A stretch of DNA of 64,000 nucleotides from Vermamoeba vermiformis. Lineage: Eukaryota. The DNA is taken from the NCBI GenBank assembly GCA_045837725.1, contig JBEWZL010000011.1, forward strand, positions 682,001-746,000, given 5' to 3'. Below, one piece after another: positions 1 through 11,415 of this stretch (its first letter is position 1; each line of letters opens with the position of its first letter). A program made the position numbers and the translations under genes. The notes below the pieces were generated by a model. It saw only the letters and a list, made by a program, of their open reading frames with translations. It was not told where the DNA came from and made no database searches.

Positions 1-164
1 CGTCCCTTGCGGGAGGCTGCCCGGGGCTCGAGGACTCCTGGACGCTGAGTCGTCCCACCTCATCACGCTGCCGCCCTGCCTCCGGAGAGACTAGGACTGC
101 ACAGGTTCTGAGAGATCGGTTCAGAAAGCTGAGCTGACTAGTCGCTAGACCTGTCTGCTTCATT

Positions 165-200
165 TTTCTTTCCCTCTCATATAAGCCAAAAGTGAGGTTC
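165..200 (-). promoter_or_regulatory. Putative RNA polymerase I initiator / rRNA transcription start; bases 1-~178 would then be 5' ETS
   Basis: Minus strand reads GGCTTATATGAGAGGGAAAG, resembling TATAT-purine-GGG rRNA initiators. It lies at the distal end of the spacer repeats, in the same orientation as the LSU fragment. Confidence 0.45.
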
Positions 201-399
201 ACTTATTTTTTCTGCCCTGTCAGAAACCTCCACGCGAATACCCCATGGTCCAAGGGAGCATCCAGTCATTGACCCCTCCCATCACCTGGAGCATATTTTT
301 GACCACCCTCCATCACTTCTGCTTCCTTCGTCATGGGAGGCTTACTGTCCTGGCATGACCTCCCATCCTTCCCCCCTGACCTTCCCCCCCCGACCCCTC

Positions 400-1030
400 G
401 CCTCGGTCGTACCTTCCCCCACCCGGACACCCCCCGGGGGTGGGACTTGGGACCCTGAGGGGGCATGACCCCTGACCTTGGTCCAACACCTAACCTCCCC
501 CTTTCTTCATGCAGGGGATACCCTGGTACCTCATGCATATCCCCCTTGAAGTCCCCACTCAATTTGGTTGACCCCCCCTGACCCCCCTCCCGACCCCCCC
601 TGACCCTTGCACTTCCCCACCCGGACCCCTCGGCTCCCCACCCGGACCCCTCTCGGGACTGACCCGGGTCTTGACCTTGGTCCAACACCTAACCTCCCCC
701 TTTCTTCATGCAGGGGATACGCTGGTACCTCATGCATATCCCCCTTGAAGTTCCCACTCAATTTGGTTGACCCACCCTGACCACCCTCCTGACCCGCCCC
801 CACCCCTGTACTTTCCCCCTCGGACCCCCGTCTTTCCCCATCGAACCCCTCTCCGGACCCACCCGGGTCTTGACCTTCCTTCGACACCTAACCCACCCCT
901 TTCTTCGCACTGGGGATACGCTGGTACCTCGTGCATATCCCCCTTGAAGTCCCCGCTCGATTTGGTGGACCCGCCCCGACCACCCCCCCGACCTGCCCTG
1001 ACCCTGTCCTTCCCTGGACTTTGATGTTTT
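400..1030. repeat. About 3 copies of a 199-bp C-rich rDNA intergenic-spacer repeat
   Basis: TGACCTT...ACACCTAACC recurs at 473, 672 and 871. CTGGTACCTCRTGCATATCCCCCTTGAAGT recurs with the same 199-bp period. Confidence 0.9.
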
Positions 1031-1035
1031 CATGC

Positions 1036-2035
1036 CACGGAAATTTAGGTGCCCACGGAAATTCAGGTGCCCACGGAAATTTAGGTGCCCACGGAAACCT
1101 AGGTGCCCACGGAAATTTAGGTGCCCACGGAAATTCAGGTGCCCGGCGGAAATTTAGGTGCCCACGGAAATTTAGGTGCCCACGGAATCCTAGGTGCCCA
1201 CTCTCGGAAATTTAGGTGCCCACGGAAATTTAGGTGCCCACGGAAATTTAGGTGCCCACGGAATCCTAGGTGCCCACTCACGGAAATTTAGGTGCCCACG
1301 GAAATTTAGGTGCCCACGGAAATTTAGGTGCCCGGCGGAATCCTAGGTGCCCAGAATTGGGTACCCCTCTCCTTACGGAAATTTAGGTGCCCACGGAAAT
1401 TTAGGTGCCCGGCGGAAATTTAGGTGCCCACGGAATTCTAGGTGCCCAGATGGGGTACCCCTCTCCTTCCGGAAATTTAGGTGCCCACGGAAATTTAGGT
1501 GCCCACGGAATCCTAGGTGCCCAGATGGGGTACCCCTCTCCTTGCGGAAATTTAGGTGCCCACGGAAATTTAGGTGCCCGGCGGAAATTTAGGTGCCCGG
1601 CGGAAATTTAGGTGCCCACGGAATTCTAGGTGCCCAGATTGGATACCCCTCTCCTTACGGAAATTTAGGTGCCCACGGAAATTTAGGTGCCCGGCGGAAA
1701 TTTAGGTGCCCACGGAATCCTAGGTGCCCAGATTGGGTACCCCTCTCCTTACGGAAATTTAGGTGCCCACGGAAATTTAGGTGCCCGGCGGAATCCTAGG
1801 TGCCCAGATGGGGTACCCCTCTCCTTGCGGAAATTTAGGTGCCCACGGAATCCTAGGTGCCCGGATTGGGTACCCCTCTCCTTACGGAAATTTAGGTGCC
1901 CACGGAATCCTAGGTGCCCGGCGGAAATTTAGGTGCCCACGGAATTCTAGGTGCCCAGATAGGGTACCCCTCTCCTTATGGAAATTTAGGTGCCCACGGA
2001 ATCCTAGGTGCCCGGATTAGGGTACCCCTCTCCTC
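1036..2035. repeat. Tandem 18-bp spacer repeat (CGGAAATTTAGGTGCCCA and variants) interspersed with GGGTACCCCTCTCC boxes
   Basis: The unit repeats directly dozens of times. About 9 GG(G/A)TACCCCTCTCC boxes occur between 1359 and 2035. Confidence 0.95.
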
Positions 2036-2253
2036 GAACTTATCTCTCAAAGTCCTCGTCGCTCCCCCTCTCGGTGCTTCGTGGTGCCCTTTTTAATCAG
2101 GGTTTGTATGTTTGTTTGGGTTCTTCTTCTCGTTCTCACAATAATAATAATAATAAATAAATAAATAAAATAAATGAAGGGGGGGAAGAAACACCGGGCC
2201 CCTGGGCCCCATATCACGGTCACTCTACGACTTTGTCGTTTCCGGGTGGGTGA

Positions 2254-2350
2254 GGGTACCCCTCTCCTTAGGACTTGGGTAAAAAAAATAAAAATTTATT
2301 ATTAGGGAGGATACCCCTCTCCTAATAATCTTATAAAAAAAAAGAATAAA
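2254..2350 (-). terminator. Two tandem candidate Pol I terminators (T-run followed by AGGAGAGGGGTA box)
   Basis: On the minus strand just downstream of the LSU 3' end, T-tracts (2335-2343 and 2281-2294) each precede the box by about 10-12 nt. Confidence 0.5.
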
Positions 2351-2392
2351 AAGGGAGTTTTAATTCCTTTTTAATCCTTTTTTTAAGGTTTT

Positions 2393-2705
2393 GCGAATCT
2401 CGAGAACGGAGGCTTAATCTCAGCGGATCGTGGCAACGTGGCCACTCTACCGCTTACAATACCACGTTCCTGACTTAGGTCGTCTACGAAGGATCCGTGC
2501 CTCGCCGACGCACGAAACGATTATTCGGGGACTCGAGGCGCCAGGCCTTTTTCGCCCTGGCGACCCTGTCCCCAGTTGGTAGGACTCCGGGCCCGAAGGC
2601 CTATCGGGGTTCTCCGCCCGAACCTCGACGAGGCGTAAGCACCGTAGCGTTCTAGAGAGGATTCTGGCTTAGAGGCGTTCAGCCATGATCCCACGGATGG
2701 TAGCT
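2393..2705 (-). rRNA. 3'-terminal ~310-nt fragment of 28S/LSU rRNA (5'-truncated)
   Basis: The reverse complement contains conserved LSU 3' motifs AGCTACCATCCGTGGGATCATGGCTGAACGCCTCTAAGCCAGAATCC, GTAGACGAC and GTATTGTAAGCGGTAGAGTGGCC...CGATCCGCTGAGATTAAGCC. Homology stops before the sarcin-ricin loop. Confidence 0.93.
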
Positions 2706-2841
2706 GACGCCAAGGCCCAGAGTGCTGGTTAACAGCATTGTATCACAAAAAAAAATGTACTGGGAGTCAACACCAACAACTACAAGTGTCAACAATCCAC
2801 ACACCACTGCTGTGATTAATGTGACACTTTATTTGACATGC

Positions 2842-3724
2842 TTAAGTTCTGACAATCTTCTTTGACAAAATGTAGCAGTCGGGAGGAGTGACATCGTGAT
2901 AATAACCAGGCTTCATGCCTGCAACAAACACAAAATGTTATTAGAAAACTATTATCCCAAATAACTCAACGTACCAATTTCTTCAAAGCCATTCTTTTTG
3001 TAGAAGCCAATAGCAGCCTCATTGCTGACTTGCACGTGCAAATAAATGTCGCTAACATTAGCGTTGTCCTTGGCGAGGTTGGACACGAATTCGAGCAGCT
3101 TGGCACCTGCGAAACAAATAGGCCGTTAACCAGGGCTCACAAACTCGCTGCGTGTTAACGCGTTGATGCATCAATGTTTCTAAGCACTTACCAATGCCCA
3201 ATCTTCTGTAAGGTTCCAAAACGCCGAGAGTCATAATGTACAAGCGAAGGCCCTTTGGGTCGGATTCGCTTCGCTCCAAGCGACAGCAAACAGCGCCAAC
3301 AATAACGTCGTTAAAATAAACTGTAGATTTACATAAATATTAGTACACCACTATTTGACTATCGCCCTATTAATGGACGTTCCGCTGATCAAATCCGAAA
3401 AAATATCAAAAATAAAGGTAATAATTATTAAAATAATTATTTAACGCCTTTTAAATACGTAACATACCTAATTGAGTTAATTCTGGTGTAGGAATAATAT
3501 TTTGATAAAATCTCTCGCCGTAATTGACAGGCAAACAAGCTTTGTTGAGGATTTGAACTTGTCTCCAATTTTTTTCGGTGAGTTGACCGAAGCTGAGTTT
3601 AACTTCCTTTTGTTTGCCTTTTTTGGAAGACGATCTGAACGGATAATTAATTATTAGCGCAGATTCGTTGTCGCGTTCGCTGAATAAATTATTCTTACGG
3701 TCCGGGAGAAGTGGGTGTACTCAT
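2842..3724 (-). CDS. NAA50: N-alpha-acetyltransferase 50 (NatE), multi-exon
   Basis: Spliced translation contains LNKACLPVNY, VGAVCCR, LYIMTLGVLEPYRRLGIG, IYLHVQVSNEAAIGFYKKNGFE and YYHDVTPPDCYILSK. Confidence 0.9.
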
Positions 3725-3958
3725 TATATTCGTTTATTATATAACGTGTATTTGTTTAGTTGAAATGATAAAAATAAGTTTAAAACTGGTCGAATTTTAG
3801 GCGGGCGAGCAAAACCGACCAATGTCGGTCAAGATCGGTCCTGCCAACCATTTTACCTTTGGCGTGCTCATTTTCTATTTATGTTACGCACTACAACACG
3901 TGTCTTACGCGTATTCGATAAATCACCGGTCTCCTTCACTGTTGCTCGTAGATTCAAG

Positions 3959-4862
3959 ATGTCAGCACAAAAGCCCAAGTTGGTCTTCGTCACAGGCAAT
4001 GCCAATAAATTAAAAGAAGTTCAACAAATTATCGGAGATGATTTTGAATTGATCTCGCGTAGTCTTGATCGTAAGAGAAATTTTACAATTTAAATTAGAA
4101 TTTTTGAATTAATTGTGCATCCAGTTCCCGAATTGCAAGGCGAGCCAGAGCAAATTTCGAAAGAAAAATGCAAAATTGCCGCCAAAGAGGTAATTATCAA
4201 AAATATTGCAATATTGAGCTCAGTCTTTGTTCGAAGGTTGGAGGTCCAGTTATTGTTGAGGATACCTGCCTCTGCTTCAACGCTCTCAAAGGTCTTCCAG
4301 GTAAGCAAATCATTAGTGGTGTCACATAGATTACTAATTCGCGTTGTAGGTCCTTACATGTAAGTCTTAACGTAAAACTAGAATTCCCGATCTGATCGGT
4401 TACTCCTTGTAGCAAGTGGTTCTTGGACAAATTGGGCCACACTGGTACGTTATAGGCACGTCATATTGTTGTACGCTCGTACTTACGGTGCAAATTTAGG
4501 TTTAAACAACATGCTTGCCGCGTACGAAGACAAATCCGCGTACGCGCTCTGCGTGTTTTCTTTCTCACGTGGACCCGAACACGAACCCATCACCTTTGAG
4601 GGCCGCACTGAAGTAAGTTATATAGGCACCCATCGTACTATTATTGCTCTTTCTAACCACGATCAATGCGCAGGGCAAAATCGTTCCCGCTCGTGGTCCC
4701 ACTAACTTTGGTTGGGATCCAGTGTTCGAACCTGCAGGCTACGACAAGACATATGCAGAGTTGGACAAGGAAGTGAAGAACTCGATCAGCCACCGCTACA
4801 GATCCCTCGCCAAGCTCAAGGAATATTTGTTGCAAAACACGCACTTGTTGGAGAAGCACTAA
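3959..4862 (+). CDS. ITPA: Inosine triphosphate pyrophosphatase (HAM1 family), multi-exon, including a 10-nt microexon at 4350-4359
   Basis: [55 protein letters not shown]. Confidence 0.96.
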
Positions 4863-5034
4863 AGAAATAAACGCCCCGCGTTATTCATTACGATCAAATA
4901 TCGCATGCAAATATTCGTCTACGCATTGGCACTCGATATTTGCACGGTGTGAAATTCACCGCCAAAACCTCGAACTATCCGTTGCGGAATATTTAAAATT
5001 AATTTGTTTCAAATTAGGTTGTAGAAGCAACGCA

Positions 5035-8013
5035 ATGTCTTGTCACGGGCGTATAGTAATTCTCCATCGTGTAAGTAGATCAATTAATTTGAGCGAAGTA
5101 TTAACGGCCTTCGATCTAGAACGGCAAAGATGGGCCAACTTATTGTTTACGACAGCGAATATGCACGATTGGAAGGTACCCCGAAATAGTTAAAATTACG
5201 CACGAAATATCTCCTAACAATTATTACCAGGAGTCGCTCGTGTAATATTCGGATGAACATCGATCAGGTGGCCGATCAGCACGCTTGGATTACAGTAGAT
5301 TCTAAAAATCAGGTAATTTTTTAGAATATTCATTCTATTAAAAATTCTAAATGAACCTTTTGGGTGTCGTTTAGGTGTGGATCGCGAACGCCACGGAAAG
5401 CCAGGAATTGCGTGTCAACTCTAAGATTTTACCCGCTGGTGCGCGTCCAGTACAACTGTTTCATAGTTCAATTATCTACATCGAAGGCAGAGCGTTTCGT
5501 TTTGAAGAGGGTACGTTCGAAATGTTCGCAACTTTTCCGCGAGCAAGATCTAACACCACAATAGAAACGATGATTCAAGAGAAACTCATCGATAAAGACA
5601 CTCCCGAGAATATGGTCGTGGAAGAGAGTCCCGTCAAGGAAAAGCACCCGCCAGTTCTGGAGAGTTCATCGCCGAAGCAAGAGAAACAACCGAACAACGT
5701 TGCAAAGAGCACGATATTGAGTTCATTGTCGGCAACACCCCTGGCATCAAGCACCACCATCACCAAAGAGGCGACCCCTCGTGTGGGTGTCAAGCGTTCA
5801 CTAGCGCAAAGTTTCGATGAAGTAGAACACTCGCCCGCCAAACGACAACGCCTCGAAGACCCTGCTACCATTTCACGATCAGCTGAAATACCTGCTAGCA
5901 CCGTCAAGAAATCGTGCTTGAGTCCTGCAAAGCACACGCGCTCTGAACCAAAACAAAAGACGTTGCATCAAGTACGCTTCATGTTGCCAAGCAAATTGAT
6001 TGTCAAACCACATGCGAGTAGCGAGACTGAATCACCTGCTAAGAAACAGACCAATAGCAGCTCTAGCGATAACTCTCGCCAGTCTTCAAAGGATATTTCT
6101 TCTTCCGAATCGGATCGTGCACCTCGACCTTCAACCAAGAAAACCATTGCACCCTTTAAAAAGAGCAAGTACAAAGCTCGCTACGTTGAAAGCAAGAGCA
6201 AGCGCAGCAAGACATCGCAAAAGAAATCCGATGGCAAGTCAAGCAAGCGACAGAGTTTGATCTCCGTCATCCTCGAGAGCTCTGAATCGGAGAGCGAAGA
6301 GAGCTCACACAGCGAGTCCGAAGAAGATCGTAGAAAAAAGCACAACAAACGCGACAAGAGCTCTAAGAAAAGATCGGCACGCGACGACAGCGAAGAGAGT
6401 GTCAGCGAGAGTGACAGCGAAGTCAGAAGCAAAAAGAAGCGAAGTCAATCTCGGTCAAAACACTCGTCGTCCTCCAAGAGCAAATCAAAGTCGAAGCACA
6501 GACGTGCTGACAGTTCTGAAGACAGCGAGAGCGATGGCGATTACAGCGGCAGCAATCAATCGAGTTCGTGCAGCGACAGTGAGAGCAGTAGAAGCGACGA
6601 CAGCGACAGTGAACGCAGCGATGCAAGTGACAGAACGGATCGCAGTGACAGCGAGTCCGAATCTACTGTCGAAGATAAACGAAGAGATTTGTCCGATAAC
6701 TCCAACGAAGCGATTAAAGCTGTTCCAAACAAGGACGGTAAGTATTGATAGGTCCGTGGCCGCGATCGCCGTCAGTTCTAACCACCCCACCGCAGTGCTG
6801 TCTTCGGACCTCTCCAGTCAGCCCGTCAAAGAAAGTGCCACTGCGGAAGATCCCTCCTCTGACAACAATGCCTCTGTGTATCGAAAGACCTCTTCCGATA
6901 TTTTACGTGAAGAAGAAGCGGCGGAACAACTCTCTGCTCAACAAAATCCGACAGCGAATGTCGTCGAAACTAAGGACAAGACAGACGAAACCTCATCGCT
7001 TGCCTCCTCGCAGACTGTTCCTGTTCAGCTGACCCTTGAAGAGCGCGTCAATCAAATAACTGCCAAGCCCGCTCTTGACGCTGTGTCGAGTGTTGAGGAT
7101 TTGAAGGCAGTGCTGATTGTCGTGTTCAGAAGACTTGGCTGCGACAGAGCGTACTTGATCAAAGAGATTATGGAGCACACGCTGCCGTAAGTAGCTCGAT
7201 GTTCGCCGAAACTCAGCTAATTATGGCACAGACTGTTGCCTGAAAGCTACACTTCCGTGGACCCCAACTGGGAAATCAAACTGACTGACACGCTGCTGGT
7301 CATCACCGATGTTATCCCGCGACCGAATGCCCTGTATTATCGCCTCAAAAATGAGTTCTTTCCGAAGATTAGTTTGGAACAAAAGTTGCAAGTTGAGCAC
7401 TGCCAGAGCGAGGAAAGTCCGTCGTCTGATTCACAATCAAAGCAAGTCCACACCCCCTCACCTCCTGTCATCGTCAGAGACAGCGAAGAAATTCTCATCC
7501 ACGGCTCGTACGAGGAGATCTTCGTGCGACTGAGAAAGAAAAAGGCCCTGCTGGCAGATATAACGAAAAGAAGAATGGAACCCGAGTCCATCAAGGCGTT
7601 GAAAAGATGTAAGTGACTAGCAATGCTCTAAGAATTATCACTGACTTTTAATAACAGCACACGGGGTTATTGACAAGAAAGATCGCCTTCTTTGCGGCGG
7701 ACTATCGGACGACGGTACGCTTTACCTTGCACCCCAACCATTTATTCTAATGCCGTGCACAGAGGTTCGGTTGGTCCTATCTGCATTGGCTGAATTATTT
7801 CCCAGGGTTGCCTTCGAGTTCGTCTCGTCCTCGCTGTTCACTACTGCCGTGGCAATCATTCTCTTGTCACGTAGGCCCGGCACACATCACGATGACATCC
7901 TCGCCAAAATTGGCACTAGATGCGTTGAAGTGCAGTCGAGAGTGACTGGCAGCGATGACGGCTTTGTTTTGACACCAGTGGAAGTGCAAGAAGGATCGAC
8001 TCGCTTCAACTAA
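5035..8013 (+). CDS. Protein with N-terminal Ki-67-like FHA domain, long Ser/Lys/Asp/Glu low-complexity middle and helical C-terminal region
   Basis: Exons splice in frame to MSCHGRIVILHRNGKDGPTYCLRQRICTIGRSRSCNIRMNIDQVADQHAWI...LRVN...IIYIEGRAFRFE. This continues into ORF 5375-6748, then the exons in ORFs 6399, 7236 and 7750. Confidence 0.75.
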
Positions 8014-8038
8014 TTGCGCGGATGAAATCTAAATATCC

Positions 8039-9423
8039 TCACTCCCAACCAAGATCAGATGGTCCGTGAACGTCGTTGGCAATCAGCAAATCAATGGCAC
8101 CCGAGAGCGCGTCAAGCACATCCGCACGTCGAGACGAAAAGAGGACTCCGGACTCGGAAATGTTTAGTTGTTTCAGACGGGTCATCTTGCCAAGTGTTTT
8201 CACGGCTAGAAAAGAATAAATTAACACCGAGAACATCAGCCTTGTTCTGCTTACCTTTGGAGGTTGTGCTTCTACAACCACAAATGTTTAACACCTCCAA
8301 ATTTGGCAATGTAGCCAGGAGCTCGATGTCGGCGTCGGATATCTTGGTGTGGCCCAAGTTGATCTTTCTCAAATTGACCAAATTGCGGATCCAAAACAGA
8401 TCTACATAGCGTTAGAAATGGTAAGGTCCCAAAACATCTTACCTTTCACGTGACCATTTTTTGTGATTGTCAGCTCCCTCAAGTCCGTCAAAGCGCCAAG
8501 TTTTGTGAACGAACTTGCAGTAGCTCTCGAGCACGTCAAATGCAATCGCGTCAGATTGGTCCACGACTGAAACGTCAAGTATTCGTCCGTCACGTCGAGT
8601 GATTGCAGCTCCAAGTCTACCAGTTGCGTGTACTGCGAGATGGATGTGAGGTCGGTAGGTGTCTTCAATATCAAGGCTAGTGATCGCATTCGGGGCCACC
8701 GCATCGCCGCCACAAACGTTTCACTGGGCACGGAAGGCAGGACTGGCGCATAGAACGTGAAGTGCGTCAACTGCGTGAGATACGACAACGAATCAAAGTG
8801 CACAAGTGTCACGCAGGCGGTGACGTCAATCTCGAGACTGCTTAGTTCCGTGAGTCTAGTCAGGTGCCGCAAGTCTACTTCGTGCTCGTGCCACAGACCT
8901 AACGTGAGGTGTTGAAGGCGCGTGAGTGTTGATAAAATACTGTCTAATTGCGATAAATTGGTGTGGCGCGTCGTTTCGAATGGTTGCTCGTAGATGAGCG
9001 AATTAATGTTGGTGAGGCGACAGATCTGCGCTACATCGTTTTCTAATAGCTCGTACTCGTACATATGAAGCTCTTGAAACACTCTTTGATTGAATTTGGC
9101 TAAAATATTGTGCAGATCAACAGAAAACTTGTGGTTTTCAGTAACCTCGAGCCAACTCTGAGTATTCCACAATTTCTCCCGCCATAATTTACTAACTGCT
9201 TGGCACCTTTATGGGGTTCGTCAGAATAAGCCAGAGAGAGATCGGCGTATTTTTAATAATTTAAACAAATTTTAATATTCGGATCCAACACAACTAATCA
9301 AATTGAGGTATCCCAAGCCACGACTCGATATAAATCATACCTTAATAAATCCTTCAAAGTGATTCGCTCGAACACATCTGCGATCAGCTCAAGCGGCAAT
9401 TGGAAAAACCAAGGCTCCTCCAT
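8039..9423 (-). CDS. F-box / leucine-rich repeat protein
   Basis: N-terminus splices to MEEPWFFQLPLELIADVFERITLKDLLRCQAVSKLWRE (F-box). LxxLxxLxL repeats follow in ORFs 8402-9172, 8112-8381 and 8039-8281. Confidence 0.85.
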
Positions 9424-9732
9424 CTGTGCATGATTCGACGTTGAATTGTGTAATGCAAGGATGCGTGATTTAATTAGTGTTGTGTAATGCTATTTTACGA
9501 TCACATGACATCGATGAACAAATTTTCGGTCCGGAGATCGATTTCATTTGTCAGTCCTCCCAAAGCCAGAGCAATACAAGCAGAAACGTTGCGTAAGTGT
9601 TCTCGTGATCTAATTAATTGTTTGCAAAATCGTCCCTGCCTTGAGCATTGGGGCAAGATAACTTCTCCGTAATCTGAAAAGTATGAAACTCCTGATCCGT
9701 TTATTAATCGTTTATTTATTTCTTCTAGTATC

Positions 9733-11248
9733 ATGAAGAGCAAAACGATTGACACGACGTACGAACAACTTAAAAAGGAATACACTCCTCCCTTCACAGT
9801 TAAAGATCTGAGGGAGTCGATCCCCGCCCACCTCTGGGTAAGATCAACAATGAAGTCCTTTGCATATACGTTGTACGATCTTGTAATCGTCATCGCTCTG
9901 GGATGGATAGCGATTAATTATTTGGATCATCCGAATCTGCCCCTTGCCGCCAAGTTTGTTCTTTGGCCTGCCTACTGGTTCGCGCAAGTAAGTTTCGATA
10001 GCCCTTAAATGTAAATTAATCACATTGTGGCGATTCGGTTTATTTCGATGCCCATCTGCTGGTTAAAATCGTGGTGACGGGTGTCAAAATATTAACTTGA
10101 CCTTTGCTTTGCTAGGGATTATTTTGCACTGGTCTTTGGGTTATTGGTAAGTCCGCGATGTTAATCATGAATTCGAGCCGAATGTTGAACATTTTGACCT
10201 GACTCTTTTTGCCTCAGCACACGAGTGTGGTCACCGTGCCTTCAGCGCCAACCAATTCATTTGCGACGTTGTTGGTCTCGTGCTCCACTCGGCACTTCTC
10301 GTACCTTACCACAACTGGCGCTTGAGTCACCACAGACATCACATGGTACGTCGATCACCTGCAACACTTCTCGTGCTTAACTAACACTTGCGCTAGTACA
10401 CTGGCAGCATTGAACATGACGAAGTCTTCGTGCCCATCAACCGCTCAGAAGCCAAGCCGTACATGCCCGTGACCAAGGTCAAGGTTCTGATCAACATCGT
10501 AAGTAACGCGGCTTCTCCTCTAGTCCATCTAACCTGATCGCAGGTACTGACTTTGTTGCTCGGCTGGCCTTTGTACCTGTTGTTCAACGTCACTGGTAAT
10601 AAGAGCTATGGTGACAAGCACGTTGATCACTTCAACCCGAACGTATGTAATTAGGGTGTGTTGTAAGAACACATAACTAACGCTTGCACAGTCGCCTATC
10701 TTCAAGCCAAAAGACCGCGCTGCAGTCATTTTGAGCGACGTAGTTCTGAGCGTCGTTTTGTTCACTCTGGCCTACTGCAGTAAGTTTCTACTCCTTGTCT
10801 AGGCAATACAAAATTAACACTGCTCTCAGCTTACAACTTTGGTTTCCTGCCCGTGCTCAAGATCTACGTTATCCCGTACTTCGGTGTCAACCTCTGGCTC
10901 GTTCTGATCACCAAGCTGCACCACACTGACAAAGAGCTCCCTCACTACAGAGACGATGAGTGGAACTGGTTGCGTGGTCAATTGTCGACTAAGGATCGTA
11001 CTTACGGCTACATTATTGACACCATCTTGCACAACATTACAAACACTCACGTCTGCCATCACTTGTTCCCTCAATTGCCGCACTACAATGCCGTCGAGGC
11101 CACTGAGCACTTGAAGAAGAAACTCGGCAAATTTTATCGCGAAGATCCTCGCAGTCTTTGGGCACAGATCTACGCCGCCTTCGAAGAGTGCCAATTTGTC
11201 GAGGAAGAGGATAAGATCGCCATGTTCAAGAGAGATCTTGACGAATAA
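9733..11248 (+). CDS. FAD2: Delta-12 (omega-6) fatty acid desaturase, multi-exon
   Basis: [15 protein letters not shown] and three His boxes HECGH, HHRHH and HVCHH; also [13 protein letters not shown] and PHYNAVEAT. Confidence 0.92.
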
Positions 11249-11415
11249 ACCTGTTGTGAATAAAACTTGAAAATTAACCGGAACAATGTAATTTACCTCC
11301 CGCTCGGGAGATTTTTCCCTTGTTTTGTCACCAGGATTACACTCCGCACCCACAAAACGTGATCACATTCCAAGTTTGAATTTACATCAACAAACCATTA
11401 GGAACACATCACAAC

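Noticed and set aside
1036-2035. CRISPR-like or telomeric array
   Set aside because: Units are head-to-tail without unique spacers, no cas genes are present, and the array lies between an LSU 3' end and a likely Pol I start, so it is rDNA spacer.
266-2096. ORFs in the repeat region (HGNLGA and RKFRCP repeats, Gly-rich frames)
   Set aside because: These are by-products of an 18-bp unit and C-rich repeats, with no splice signals or coding-like composition.
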